A DNA stretch of 49,480 bases, taken from the IMG/VR virus record IMGVR_UViG_3300030376_002587, positions 1-49,480 of that record. One strand, written 5' to 3'. The notes beneath the pieces are model-generated. The model was not told the origin of the DNA. It searched no databases and saw nothing but the letters and a program-made list of their open reading frames with translations. The position numbers were made by a program, and so were the translations under genes. Positions 1 to 7,326 of the stretch are shown here, piece by piece (the stretch's first letter is position 1; every line of letters begins with the position of its first letter). This stretch comes from a virus. Its lineage: Duplodnaviria > Caudoviricetes.

Positions 1-75
1 TTCCCTTATGATAATGAAACTCTTAATCTTGCGTCAACGGCTGTTATTGTTGCAGATGGTAATAGATATGACTGA
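1..75 (+). CDS. 3' end of a tail-tip/receptor-binding gene (FPYDNETLNLASTAVIVADGNRYD*), probably the continuation of the open ORF at 48654-49480
   Basis: Frame 1 is open from base 1 to TGA 73-75 and overlaps the next ATG (68). Composition resembles the terminal ORF. Confidence 0.6.
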   Translation, partial: FPYDNETLNLASTAVIVADGNRYD

Positions 76-277
76 AGTAGTAAAACCTTTTAAAATTCTT
101 AATGTTAGAGAAGAACCAGATGGAAATCAAGGTGTACAATTTGAAGTTTTAAAAGCAACTTATGTAAATGAAGAAGTAACAAAAACATTAAAGATGAATA
201 CTTACGTTTCTGTACCAAAAGATGATGATATTGATACTTTTTTATTTAATTATTTATCCAAAGGAGGTTGGTTTTGA
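68..277 (+). CDS. Hypothetical protein (69 aa)
   Basis: ATG 68 is coupled to the upstream stop. The track's start at 8 overlaps the upstream gene. Confidence 0.6.
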   Translation: MTEVVKPFKILNVREEPDGNQGVQFEVLKATYVNEEVTKTLKMNTYVSVPKDDDIDTFLFNYLSKGGWF

Positions 278-885
278 GTTATCATACTGAAACTTATTTT
301 TCTGGTGAAAACAACAGAAATATGTATGAAGCAAATTCAAAGGAAGCAATAGAGATATTTGACCAAGTTAAAGCTAAATTTGATTGGGCAAAAAAAGATG
401 ATGCGTTTGCTATATCTTCTTCATTAGACCACGAAATTTTAAATGAGCCTGTAATTTCATTTACTTTAACAAGACCAGTTGTAGAAGCATTAGTTGGAAT
501 AGAATATGCTCTAATTACACGCAAATTCTGTATGAATAGTAAAACTTCTTTTATTAAAATTTATCCTATCTGGAAAGAAGATTATCCTAATTTTTTACCA
601 AAAGGATGTACTGTTTTATTTAAAGGAGAAAATCGTGTTGAATTTGGCAGACCAGCACCTAATGGATTAGATGATTGGTATGATTGTTATTTTACTGGTG
701 ACCCAGCAACTATTGAAGCTCATTTTGAGTTATCTGAAAGAAGAGGAAAATATGATACTTTTTATGGAGTTACAGTTAAAGATGGTTTAGTAGTAAGGAA
801 AAAACAATATATTTACGATAGTCCAACCATGTTTACAGATTGGGATGTTGTTCATTTAATACAAAAGAAAAGGCAAGGATTATGA
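274..885 (+). CDS. Hypothetical protein
   Basis: ~203 aa ORF. SD GGAGG 263-267 precedes TTG 274, which overlaps the upstream TGA. Confidence 0.7.
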   Translation: MSYHTETYFSGENNRNMYEANSKEAIEIFDQVKAKFDWAKKDDAFAISSSLDHEILNEPVISFTLTRPVVEALVGIEYALITRKFCMNSKTSFIKIYPIWKEDYPNFLPKGCTVLFKGENRVEFGRPAPNGLDDWYDCYFTGDPATIEAHFELSERRGKYDTFYGVTVKDGLVVRKKQYIYDSPTMFTDWDVVHLIQKKRQGL

Positions 886-1094
886 CAGTTGAACCTGTAT
901 TTTTTTGGAATTTATTATTAACTCTTGTAATTGCACCAGCAGTATTTATCTTTAGGGGATTACAACAAGAAGTAAAAAGGATAGATATTCTTTTAAATAA
1001 AACTAGAGAAGATTATGCCAAGAGGGATGATGTTACTCAAGCAATCAATCGGTTAGAGGAAAAAATTGACCGAATATTGGAGAAATTAAAATGA
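882..1094 (+). CDS. Holin/antiholin-like membrane protein (1 TM plus coiled coil)
   Basis: N-terminal hydrophobic helix FFWNLLLTLVIAPAVFIF, coiled-coil tail, directly upstream of the endolysin. Confidence 0.55.
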   Translation: MTVEPVFFWNLLLTLVIAPAVFIFRGLQQEVKRIDILLNKTREDYAKRDDVTQAINRLEEKIDRILEKLK

Positions 1095-1537
1095 ATTTAT
1101 CAGAATTAAAAGACCAGTTAATAATTGATGAAGGTGTTAAATATGAAACATATTTAGACCATCTTGGTTTAAAAACTTGTGGAATTGGTCATCTTTGCAG
1201 AGAAGATGAGCCAGAATTTGATTTGACTATAGGTACTCAAATATCAGAGGAAAGATGTACAGAATTATTTGAGCAAGATATACAAAGTGTTATCATAGAC
1301 TGTAAAAAAGTTTATGAAAATTGGGATGATTTGCCAGAAGACTGTAAACAAATATGCGCAAACATGATGTTTAATCTTGGATTGCCTCGTTACAGTAAAT
1401 TTCGTAAGCATATTCAAGCAGTTATGGATGGCAACTGGAAGGAAAGTGCAAATCAGATGCGTCAAAGTAAATGGTATCATCAAGTTACAAATCGTGCAGA
1501 AAGATTAGCATTTAGAATGGAAAATATAGTTGATTAA
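1091..1537 (+). CDS. Endolysin, T4-lysozyme-like muramidase (GH24)
   Basis: DEG-x4-YLDHLG-x-TCGIGHL catalytic E/D/T motif, MMFNLG, SKWYHQVTNRAERL. Confidence 0.9.
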   Translation: MNLSELKDQLIIDEGVKYETYLDHLGLKTCGIGHLCREDEPEFDLTIGTQISEERCTELFEQDIQSVIIDCKKVYENWDDLPEDCKQICANMMFNLGLPRYSKFRKHIQAVMDGNWKESANQMRQSKWYHQVTNRAERLAFRMENIVD

Positions 1538-1725
1538 TGACATGGGTTTTATTAGTGTTTTTATCTGGTACTGTACAAGAATCGGTTTATTTCAATGATT
1601 TGGATTCGTGTCTTAGAATTGCATCAAAGATTAGAAACCAAAACTATGACTTGTCCCTCTCTGGAGATAGTAAGATATGGGTCAAAGCTTATTGCGTTCC
1701 TAAATCAGTTCCTAAAAAAGAGTAA
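1537..1725 (+). CDS. Small hypothetical protein (hydrophobic N-terminus, 2 Cys)
   Basis: TAATG coupling to the endolysin gene. Confidence 0.6.
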   Translation: MTWVLLVFLSGTVQESVYFNDLDSCLRIASKIRNQNYDLSLSGDSKIWVKAYCVPKSVPKKE

Positions 1726-1728
1726 GAA

Positions 1729-2124
1729 ATGTATGAATACAAAATAAAAGAAGTTTCTAGGGTTGTTGATGGAGATACAGTTGATTTGATTATTGATTTG
1801 GGTTTTTCCTTAACAAAGAAAGAAAGAGTTAGATTAGCTGGTATCGACACACCAGAGAGCAGAACTAGAGATTTAGAAGAAAAAGAATTAGGAATTGAAG
1901 CAAAAGATTTCTTACACAAAAGATTATCAGAAGGGTCTAATCTAACTGTACAAACAGAAAAAGATGGTAAATATGGAAGAATGTTAGGTTGGATTTACAT
2001 TGGTTCACAGAATGTGAACAAAGAAATGATAGAGAGAGGATATGCTTGGGAATACGACGGAGGCACAAAAGAAAAAGACCTTAATGCTTTAAAAATAAAA
2101 AGGGGATTAATTACTGAAGTATGA
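1729..2124 (+). CDS. Thermonuclease (staphylococcal nuclease family)
   Basis: VVDGDT, RVRLAGIDTPE and DGKYGRMLG motifs. Confidence 0.9.
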   Translation: MYEYKIKEVSRVVDGDTVDLIIDLGFSLTKKERVRLAGIDTPESRTRDLEEKELGIEAKDFLHKRLSEGSNLTVQTEKDGKYGRMLGWIYIGSQNVNKEMIERGYAWEYDGGTKEKDLNALKIKRGLITEV

Positions 2125-2318
2125 AATTAATAGATATAAGTTATAGAACTAATAATGCTGATGCCAAATGTTATGTCAGTAAAAATTTTAAAAATATGGA
2201 TTATACTATTCAAATGGATTGTTTAAGTGATGCAATTAGTGAACTTGAAGATATTGCACAAAATTTAAGAAAAGAATATATGGCAAAGCTAGAAAAGAAT
2301 GATAGAACAAACAGTTAA
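2121..2318 (+). CDS. Hypothetical protein
   Basis: ATGA overlap with the nuclease gene. Confidence 0.55.
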   Translation: MKLIDISYRTNNADAKCYVSKNFKNMDYTIQMDCLSDAISELEDIAQNLRKEYMAKLEKNDRTNS

Positions 2319-2559
2319 TGGAACAGAAGAGCATCTTGAAGATGGTGAAATAATAATTGAAGAAGGGGCATTTACTGGTTTTGAAGGTAAAACAATTAAC
2401 ATAACAGATAGTTCTGGTAATGGAAGTGATGTTGAAGCTGGTATACAATTTATTTATCACATGAGAGAACATATTATAGATATAGGAATAGCAACTGTTT
2501 ATGGATTAGTTGTATATGCTTTATTTTTATGGATAACAAAAACAATAAAGGGGTTTTAA
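2299..2559 (+). CDS. Hypothetical membrane protein (acidic N-terminus, C-terminal TM)
   Basis: IIDIGIATVYGLVVYALFLWI helix. Confidence 0.6.
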   Translation: MIEQTVNGTEEHLEDGEIIIEEGAFTGFEGKTINITDSSGNGSDVEAGIQFIYHMREHIIDIGIATVYGLVVYALFLWITKTIKGF

Positions 2560-2596
2560 GAGGGGGGTCTGCATGCGGGTGCCACCCTCCTCACCA
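2560..2596 (+). ncRNA. Putative tRNA-like minihelix ending in ACCA
   Basis: GAGGGGGGT 2560-68 pairs with ACCCTCCTC 2584-92 (one G:U), plus an inner GCA/TGC stem, followed by ACCA 2593-96. Confidence 0.45.
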
Positions 2597-2601
2597 GTTA
2601 T

Positions 2602-2683
2602 GAGGGGTAATTGTTTAATTTAAACTTAATAAACTTTATTAAATTATTTATTTGCTAATATAATCTGCAATTATCCCTCACCA
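2602..2683 (+). ncRNA. Putative 82-nt tRNA-like RNA ending in ACCA
   Basis: GAGGGGTAATTG 2602-13 pairs with CAATTATCCCTC 2668-79 (12 bp, one G:U), followed by ACCA. Internal AT-rich hairpins; no canonical T-loop. Confidence 0.45.
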
Positions 2684-2699
2684 AACAAAGGAGTAAAAT

Positions 2700-3110
2700 A
2701 TGTTTAGTTCTATCATAGGTCCAATAAGTTCTCTTGCTGGAACATGGTTACAAGGCAAAGTAGACAAAGCTAAAGCAGAAACCGATATAAAGGTAGCTAA
2801 AGCACAAGCAGAAGCAGAAGTATATCGTACCGAAGCAACATCTGAAATGCTTATGGAAAAAGAATTAACTTCACAAATGGGTGATAGTTTAAAGGATGAA
2901 TTTTGGACTTTTGTGTTTGGAGCAATACTTATCTGTTGTTTCTTGCCGTGGACACAGCCTTATGTAAAAGATGGTTTTGTGTTCCTAGACCAGAATTGTC
3001 CATCTTGGTTCTCTAACATGCTTTATATCGTGATTGGGAGTGCATTTGGAATGAGGTTTGGAAAACAAGGTCTGCAAATTTTAAAATCAAGAAATGCCAA
3101 AACTAAGTAA
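2700..3110 (+). CDS. Putative holin (GTA 3TM-holin-like)
   Basis: N-terminal amphipathic helix, coiled coil, S(L/W)KDEFW, two C-terminal TMs ending FGMR. SD AAGGAG. Confidence 0.6.
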   Translation: MFSSIIGPISSLAGTWLQGKVDKAKAETDIKVAKAQAEAEVYRTEATSEMLMEKELTSQMGDSLKDEFWTFVFGAILICCFLPWTQPYVKDGFVFLDQNCPSWFSNMLYIVIGSAFGMRFGKQGLQILKSRNAKTK

Positions 3111-3336
3111 TAAACAAAATTTAAGATTTGGAGGTTTGGTTGCTGTATTAAGTGGCAGAGAGCCTTATGATAGTATTTTTGAAGATTTGAAAGAACAAGG
3201 ATTTGTAGGCAAGAGCCACAATGGTGTTTATCTCACACAAAAAGGAATGAATGAAAAAGACAGATTAGCAACTCTTGCTGGTTTGATGGTAGAAAAAGAT
3301 AGAGCCTATGCCCTTAAATCTAAGAAAGACCAATAA
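3094..3336 (+). CDS. Hypothetical protein (possible winged helix)
   Basis: L-x-EQGFV...VYLTQKG pattern. Confidence 0.5.
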   Translation: MPKLSNKQNLRFGGLVAVLSGREPYDSIFEDLKEQGFVGKSHNGVYLTQKGMNEKDRLATLAGLMVEKDRAYALKSKKDQ

Positions 3337-3502
3337 ATTCAGTTGGAAGTATACAACTGTTTGTATCTGTCCACAAATCTCTATCCCAAGTATTACATCC
3401 AAGCATTAAATTTAACATAATGAATATAAATAAATAAGAAATAAAAATTATTGTCATCATAATTGACAAATTTTTAAGAAATATCTTGGTTCTTAACATC
3501 AT
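3320..3502 (-). CDS. Hypothetical membrane protein
   Basis: SD AAGGAG; TM helix followed by a Cys pair. Confidence 0.6.
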   Translation of the reverse strand: MMLRTKIFLKNLSIMMTIIFISYLFIFIMLNLMLGCNTWDRDLWTDTNSCILPTEFIGLS

Positions 3503-3641
3503 CTAACTCCTTAACAAAAATTTGATAGTAAATAGCATTTATAATTTCTCTAAAACTTTCTTGATTGTAATGTGAAATATCAATTTCCATAACAAGTGTT
3601 TTAAATCTTTCTAAATTTTCAATTGTTAGTTTTTTGTTCAT
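3474..3641 (-). CDS. Small hypothetical protein (55 aa, MNKKLTIENLERFK...)
   Basis: Not in the ORF track; fills the gap in the minus-strand operon. Confidence 0.45.
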   Translation of the reverse strand: MNKKLTIENLERFKTLVMEIDISHYNQESFREIINAIYYQIFVKELDDVKNQDIS

Positions 3642-3813
3642 TCTTTTCTCGCATCATAAAATCACACAACATAGCAACTCGAGGGGATATTTTTTTAGTT
3701 CCCTTCTCAAGTTGACATATCATACTTCTAGTTGCATACCCAAGTCTTTCGGCAAATTGTGCTTGGGTATATCCTAGTTTATTCCGAACTTTTTGAAATT
3801 CATTCGGTTGCAT
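3619..3813 (-). CDS. XRE/Cro-family HTH transcriptional regulator
   Basis: VRNKLGYTQAQFAERLG...ICQLEKG pattern. Confidence 0.85.
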   Translation of the reverse strand: MQPNEFQKVRNKLGYTQAQFAERLGYATRSMICQLEKGTKKISPRVAMLCDFMMREKNEQKTNN

Positions 3814-4072
3814 TGTTTTTTTCCGTAAAATAAGCATCTCCATCTCGTATCTTTGATTGTAGTGGTTCAATGATGGTTGCATTTATATCGTCAAGTTTAT
3901 CTACAATGTCCTCAAGTGTGTCATCATAATAAGCAAGTGCACCTTGATTGATGTATTTAGAAATTTGCATACAACTATCATTAATTTTAGTTTTGATGTC
4001 TAGCATGATATTTTCATCATTCATTACATCGTCTTTGCATCCCTCTAGGATATATTTATTTGTTTCTGGCAT
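3800..4072 (-). CDS. Hypothetical protein
   Basis: SD GGAGG, directly downstream of a promoter. Confidence 0.65.
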   Translation of the reverse strand: MPETNKYILEGCKDDVMNDENIMLDIKTKINDSCMQISKYINQGALAYYDDTLEDIVDKLDDINATIIEPLQSKIRDGDAYFTEKNNATE

Positions 4073-4099
4073 ATCGCCCTCCATGTTGTTTATGAGTAT

Positions 4100-4128
4100 A
4101 TATTAACATAATGTTTACTAATGTCAAC
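4100..4128 (-). promoter_or_regulatory. sigma70-like early promoter (repeat family)
   Basis: gTTGACA tta GTAAAC attatgt TAATAT (16-bp spacer). Confidence 0.6.
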
Positions 4129-4327
4129 TATTATTAACAATTTTTTCTAAAAATAATTTATCAACTGGGAAAATAGTTTTATTAAAGTCCTTTTTTTTCT
4201 CGTTATATCTATGAACATAAACATGAACATTATGTATTTCAGCAATTCTGCATCGTCTACCAGTTTTATTTAAATGTTGTTTTGGTGTAAATGGAATGAT
4301 TACTTCAAGTCCTTTTTGTAGTTTCAT
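4124..4327 (-). CDS. Hypothetical protein
   Basis: ATGA overlap with the upstream gene. Confidence 0.55.
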   Translation of the reverse strand: MKLQKGLEVIIPFTPKQHLNKTGRRCRIAEIHNVHVYVHRYNEKKKDFNKTIFPVDKLFLEKIVNNS

Positions 4328-4767
4328 TTTCTTTTTACCTCATAATCTCTATTATAAAAATCATCATAAAAATACAAACATAGTTTTCTGTGATAATGAT
4401 GTTCAGACTCTGGCAAACAAGTATAATAGTTTCGCATAAAATCTTTAATGCCTCTGTCGTATAATTCGCATAAAACAAAATCTAAATAATCTTTGTTAGT
4501 TTTAGTCATGTGATTATTATTTTTATATTGTCTTAATATTGCTAATAAACATTCTTGCAAAACATCATAGTATTTATATTTTTCATTTGGGTATTCTTTT
4601 ATTTTTTGTTCTATAAAATTACCTAATTCATGAAGTATTTTACTTTCCTTGTTAGCAAAAGTTTTAATCTTCAAACCAACATCTTCTAAAGCATCTTCAC
4701 TACAATGTGGTCTTTCATCTCTGGTAAAATTAAATTCCATCCAATTATAAATTAATTTATTTTTCAT
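4324..4767 (-). CDS. Hypothetical protein
   Basis: TAATG coupling to the hydrolase gene. Confidence 0.65.
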   Translation of the reverse strand: MKNKLIYNWMEFNFTRDERPHCSEDALEDVGLKIKTFANKESKILHELGNFIEQKIKEYPNEKYKYYDVLQECLLAILRQYKNNNHMTKTNKDYLDFVLCELYDRGIKDFMRNYYTCLPESEHHYHRKLCLYFYDDFYNRDYEVKRK

Positions 4768-5204
4768 TACTCCATCTCCCATCTATAAAAACAATGAGCA
4801 TTAATACAAATTGTCGGTGTCATTGTGTTTGCCCATGATGGATAGACATAGTTAGCATGATAATGTGTAGCACCTTCAGAAAGGTCAATATAAAGACTTT
4901 CATGAATAACAGCATAAGAAATAGTTTTCGCCCATTCATATGCTTGAGTATCAGTTATAATTTCATCCTTTCCATCACAGTAAAAACTGAAGGCACATTT
5001 ATGTTTAACCATTATGTCAGTTCCTTTGTATCTCAATCCATCAGTTACGACTTCACATACAGTATTTGGAAATCTCCAATCGTTAACACGATTTCTAATT
5101 ACTTGAGCAACAGCAATTTTTCCAGCATCTGGTTCTCCTCTTGCTTCAAAGTAAATCGCATTGGCCATACAGACCAATGCAGTTGCAGTTTCTAAAAGAG
5201 CCAT
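4767..5204 (-). CDS. Cell wall hydrolase, SleB/Hydrolase_2 family
   Basis: [35 protein letters not shown], [14 protein letters not shown]. Confidence 0.9.
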   Translation of the reverse strand: MALLETATALVCMANAIYFEARGEPDAGKIAVAQVIRNRVNDWRFPNTVCEVVTDGLRYKGTDIMVKHKCAFSFYCDGKDEIITDTQAYEWAKTISYAVIHESLYIDLSEGATHYHANYVYPSWANTMTPTICINAHCFYRWEME

Positions 5205-5644
5205 TAGTAATTCTCCTCTTCTTCATCTTTCCAATTATTGTAGAATTTTAATTGACCATTAGCATCCATGTTTTTATCAGTAAATTCTTTGATGTCTTTG
5301 ATAAAATAAACTTCTTCTTCAAGAGTTTCGATTGTTATATCCGTGCCTATTGTTTCTCCTTGTTCATCAGCACAAAGTAACAAAGCCTTACCCCCAAGAG
5401 GTGTTGGATAATGTGGTCCCCAAAAACCTTTTGTATTTCGTAAGGCAAAGAATTTTTGATTTGCTTTGAATACACCTTCGTCATCCACATATAATCCGTC
5501 TTTAGGAAAATTAGTTTTTTCATATCGTGTAACAGTTGCAACATCAAAATGGTCTGCATCAATAAGGTTTAAAATATCTGATGAGTTATTAAAATCAATT
5601 TCTGTAAATGATTTAATATGTGGGTCAATCAATATTGCTCTCAT
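5204..5644 (-). CDS. Hypothetical protein (DUF3846-like)
   Basis: MRAILIDP...LYVDDEG...PLGGKALL pattern. Confidence 0.55.
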   Translation of the reverse strand: MRAILIDPHIKSFTEIDFNNSSDILNLIDADHFDVATVTRYEKTNFPKDGLYVDDEGVFKANQKFFALRNTKGFWGPHYPTPLGGKALLLCADEQGETIGTDITIETLEEEVYFIKDIKEFTDKNMDANGQLKFYNNWKDEEEENY

Positions 5645-5847
5645 TTTTTCTCTCCCACAAGTACATATTCAGCAAATGTTTTTTTGTTTTTGGTTACGTA
5701 ATTTGTATTTATTTCATAATCAAATCGCAATCTGTGAATTACAGCAGATAATCTAAAGCATCCAAATAATTCTAATGCTTCTAATGGTGTTATAGTTTGT
5801 CCTTTTTTAAGGTGTTCTAAAATTCTGATGTCTTGAGTTTTTTCCAT
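5641..5847 (-). CDS. Winged-HTH DNA-binding protein
   Basis: ILEHLKKGQTITPLEALELFGCFRLSAVIHRLR; SD GGAGG. Confidence 0.8.
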   Translation of the reverse strand: MEKTQDIRILEHLKKGQTITPLEALELFGCFRLSAVIHRLRFDYEINTNYVTKNKKTFAEYVLVGEKK

Positions 5848-5856
5848 GTTGACCTC

Positions 5857-6036
5857 CTATATGTTAGCAGAATTTTGAGTTTGAAAATTAAGAACAGCAA
5901 TATCTTCTTTGAGTTCTTGTATTACAGATGGTGGAAGTATATGTTTCTTTTCCATCTTTTCTATCTTGTTTTGTAGTTCTACAATTAAGATATTAGCAAT
6001 TTCACATTTATTAATTAATTTTTGATTTCTAGTCAT
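5857..6036 (-). CDS. Small hypothetical protein (59 aa, MTRNQKLINKCEIA...)
   Basis: Directly downstream of the promoter at 6068-6096, with an AACAACAAC leader. Confidence 0.55.
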   Translation of the reverse strand: MTRNQKLINKCEIANILIVELQNKIEKMEKKHILPPSVIQELKEDIAVLNFQTQNSANI

Positions 6037-6067
6037 TTTTTTTCTTTCTTGTTGTTGTTATAATTAT

Positions 6068-6097
6068 AATATAATATATCTGTTCACCTGTGTCAAC
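6068..6097 (-). promoter_or_regulatory. sigma70-like early promoter
   Basis: gTTGACA cag GTGAAC agatatat TATATT (17-bp spacer). Confidence 0.7.
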
Positions 6098-6104
6098 ACA
6101 TAAG

Positions 6105-6227
6105 TTAAATTTTTTTCCAAATACATAAATCTCTTTTAAGATTTCTGAAGTATTTTTTAATTTCCCAAAAAGTACCCCAATAAAATTCTGAATTAATTTC
6201 TAAAATCATTTCATCTAATCTATTCAT
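6105..6227 (-). CDS. Small hypothetical protein (40 aa, MNRLDEMILEINSEFYWGTFW...)
   Basis: GGGAAAAC leader behind the promoter at 6255-6283. Confidence 0.5.
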   Translation of the reverse strand: MNRLDEMILEINSEFYWGTFWEIKKYFRNLKRDLCIWKKI

Positions 6228-6254
6228 TTTGTTTTCCCATGTAGTTGTTAATTA

Positions 6255-6284
6255 ATAGTAACATACTTGTTCACCATTGTAAAC
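6255..6284 (-). promoter_or_regulatory. sigma70-like early promoter
   Basis: gTTTACA atg GTGAAC aagtatgt TACTAT (17-bp spacer). Confidence 0.7.
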
Positions 6285-6345
6285 AATAAAAACAACAAAA
6301 ATGAACTTTTTTTTTAAAAATATTTAAATTAATTTAAAATTAGTT

Positions 6346-6375
6346 GTTGACAATAGTAAACTTATGTGATACTAT
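6346..6375 (+). promoter_or_regulatory. sigma70-like early promoter (divergent pair)
   Basis: gTTGACA ata GTAAAC ttatgtga TACTAT (17-bp spacer). Confidence 0.75.
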
Positions 6376-6411
6376 TAATAATAATAAAAATTTAACAACA
6401 AGGGAAAATCT

Positions 6412-6642
6412 ATGAAATATGATTATCAAAAAAAATATTCAGAATATTCAAATTCTGATTTAATTAGATTTCATAATAATGCAAGAATTACTTATTATGG
6501 ATGTATCGGACATTTTAAATCTCAACAAAATGAGGGCAGAATGTCCATGATTGCAAGAGAACTCAAAAATCGAGGAATTACAGAAATTCCAGAATTAAAA
6601 GAGGAGGGCGAAATTGGATACAATGGAGATGGTGCTTATTAA
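6412..6642 (+). CDS. Hypothetical early protein
   Basis: AACAACAAGGGAAAA leader. Confidence 0.7.
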   Translation: MKYDYQKKYSEYSNSDLIRFHNNARITYYGCIGHFKSQQNEGRMSMIARELKNRGITEIPELKEEGEIGYNGDGAY

Positions 6643-6698
6643 TTATTGATAATAATAACCATTGTGATATGATGCCTTCAACAACACATGGAGGCATT

Positions 6699-7322
6699 AT
6701 GTCATTTACTGCACTTGCATGGGTATCTAACCAATCATGCAAAAACTCAATCAATAAATTAATTCTTTACTTGTTGGCTAATTATGCCAATGAGAAAAAT
6801 GAAACTTATCCATCATACAAACATTTGGCAAAACTAGCAGAATGTTCAGAAAGAACTGCAATGAGGTCTGTTAATGAACTTATTGCATTGGGATTAATCA
6901 CAAAAGAAAAACGATTTACTGATGATGGAAAACAAACAAGTAATAAATTCATTCTAAACATTAGGGGTGTCAAAAACAACACTGAGGGGGTGTCAAAACA
7001 AACACCCAATACTATAAGAGATATACAAAATAATAATAGTAGTATTGTGGATAATGGGGATAATGTTCTATTTGACCAATGGTGGAAAGAATATCCAAGA
7101 AAAGATGGTTCTAAAAAGAATGCTTTACAATCATTTATAAAATTAAAATCAGAAATTAGTTTTAATGATTTAATGATAAAGACTAAAATATTTGCACATC
7201 AACAAAAAAATACTGAAAAAAGATTTATTCCTCATGCAACTACATTTTTAAATCAAAAAAGATTTGAAACTGTTGAAAATGTTGATACTATGAAATCCAA
7301 CAAAAATAACCTTGCTGGGTAA
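6699..7322 (+). CDS. Replication initiator protein (N-terminal HTH_36-like, lambda-O-like organisation)
   Basis: KLILYLLANYAN...YPSYKHLAKLAECSERTAMRSV, QTSNKF, FDQWWKEYPRK, PHATTFLNQKRF; SD GGAGG. Confidence 0.8.
   Translation: MSFTALAWVSNQSCKNSINKLILYLLANYANEKNETYPSYKHLAKLAECSERTAMRSVNELIALGLITKEKRFTDDGKQTSNKFILNIRGVKNNTEGVSKQTPNTIRDIQNNNSSIVDNGDNVLFDQWWKEYPRKDGSKKNALQSFIKLKSEISFNDLMIKTKIFAHQQKNTEKRFIPHATTFLNQKRFETVENVDTMKSNKNNLAG
6964..7006. repeat. Iteron-like direct repeats, probable replication origin
   Basis: GGGGTGTCAAAA at 6964 and 6987 (23-bp period), each an imperfect palindrome, inside the initiator gene and followed by AT-rich DNA. Confidence 0.6.
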
Positions 7323-7326
7323 CAAC

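Noticed and set aside
8-67. N-terminal extension of ORF 8-277 (and its in-frame join with the window end)
   Set aside because: Reads like an off-frame translation; frame 1 ending at 75 with a coupled ATG at 68 fits better.
2560-2683. Canonical tRNA or two-piece tmRNA
   Set aside because: No TTCRA T-loop, no U33-type anticodon loop, no G3:U70 pair and no tag reading frame. Reported as tRNA-like only.
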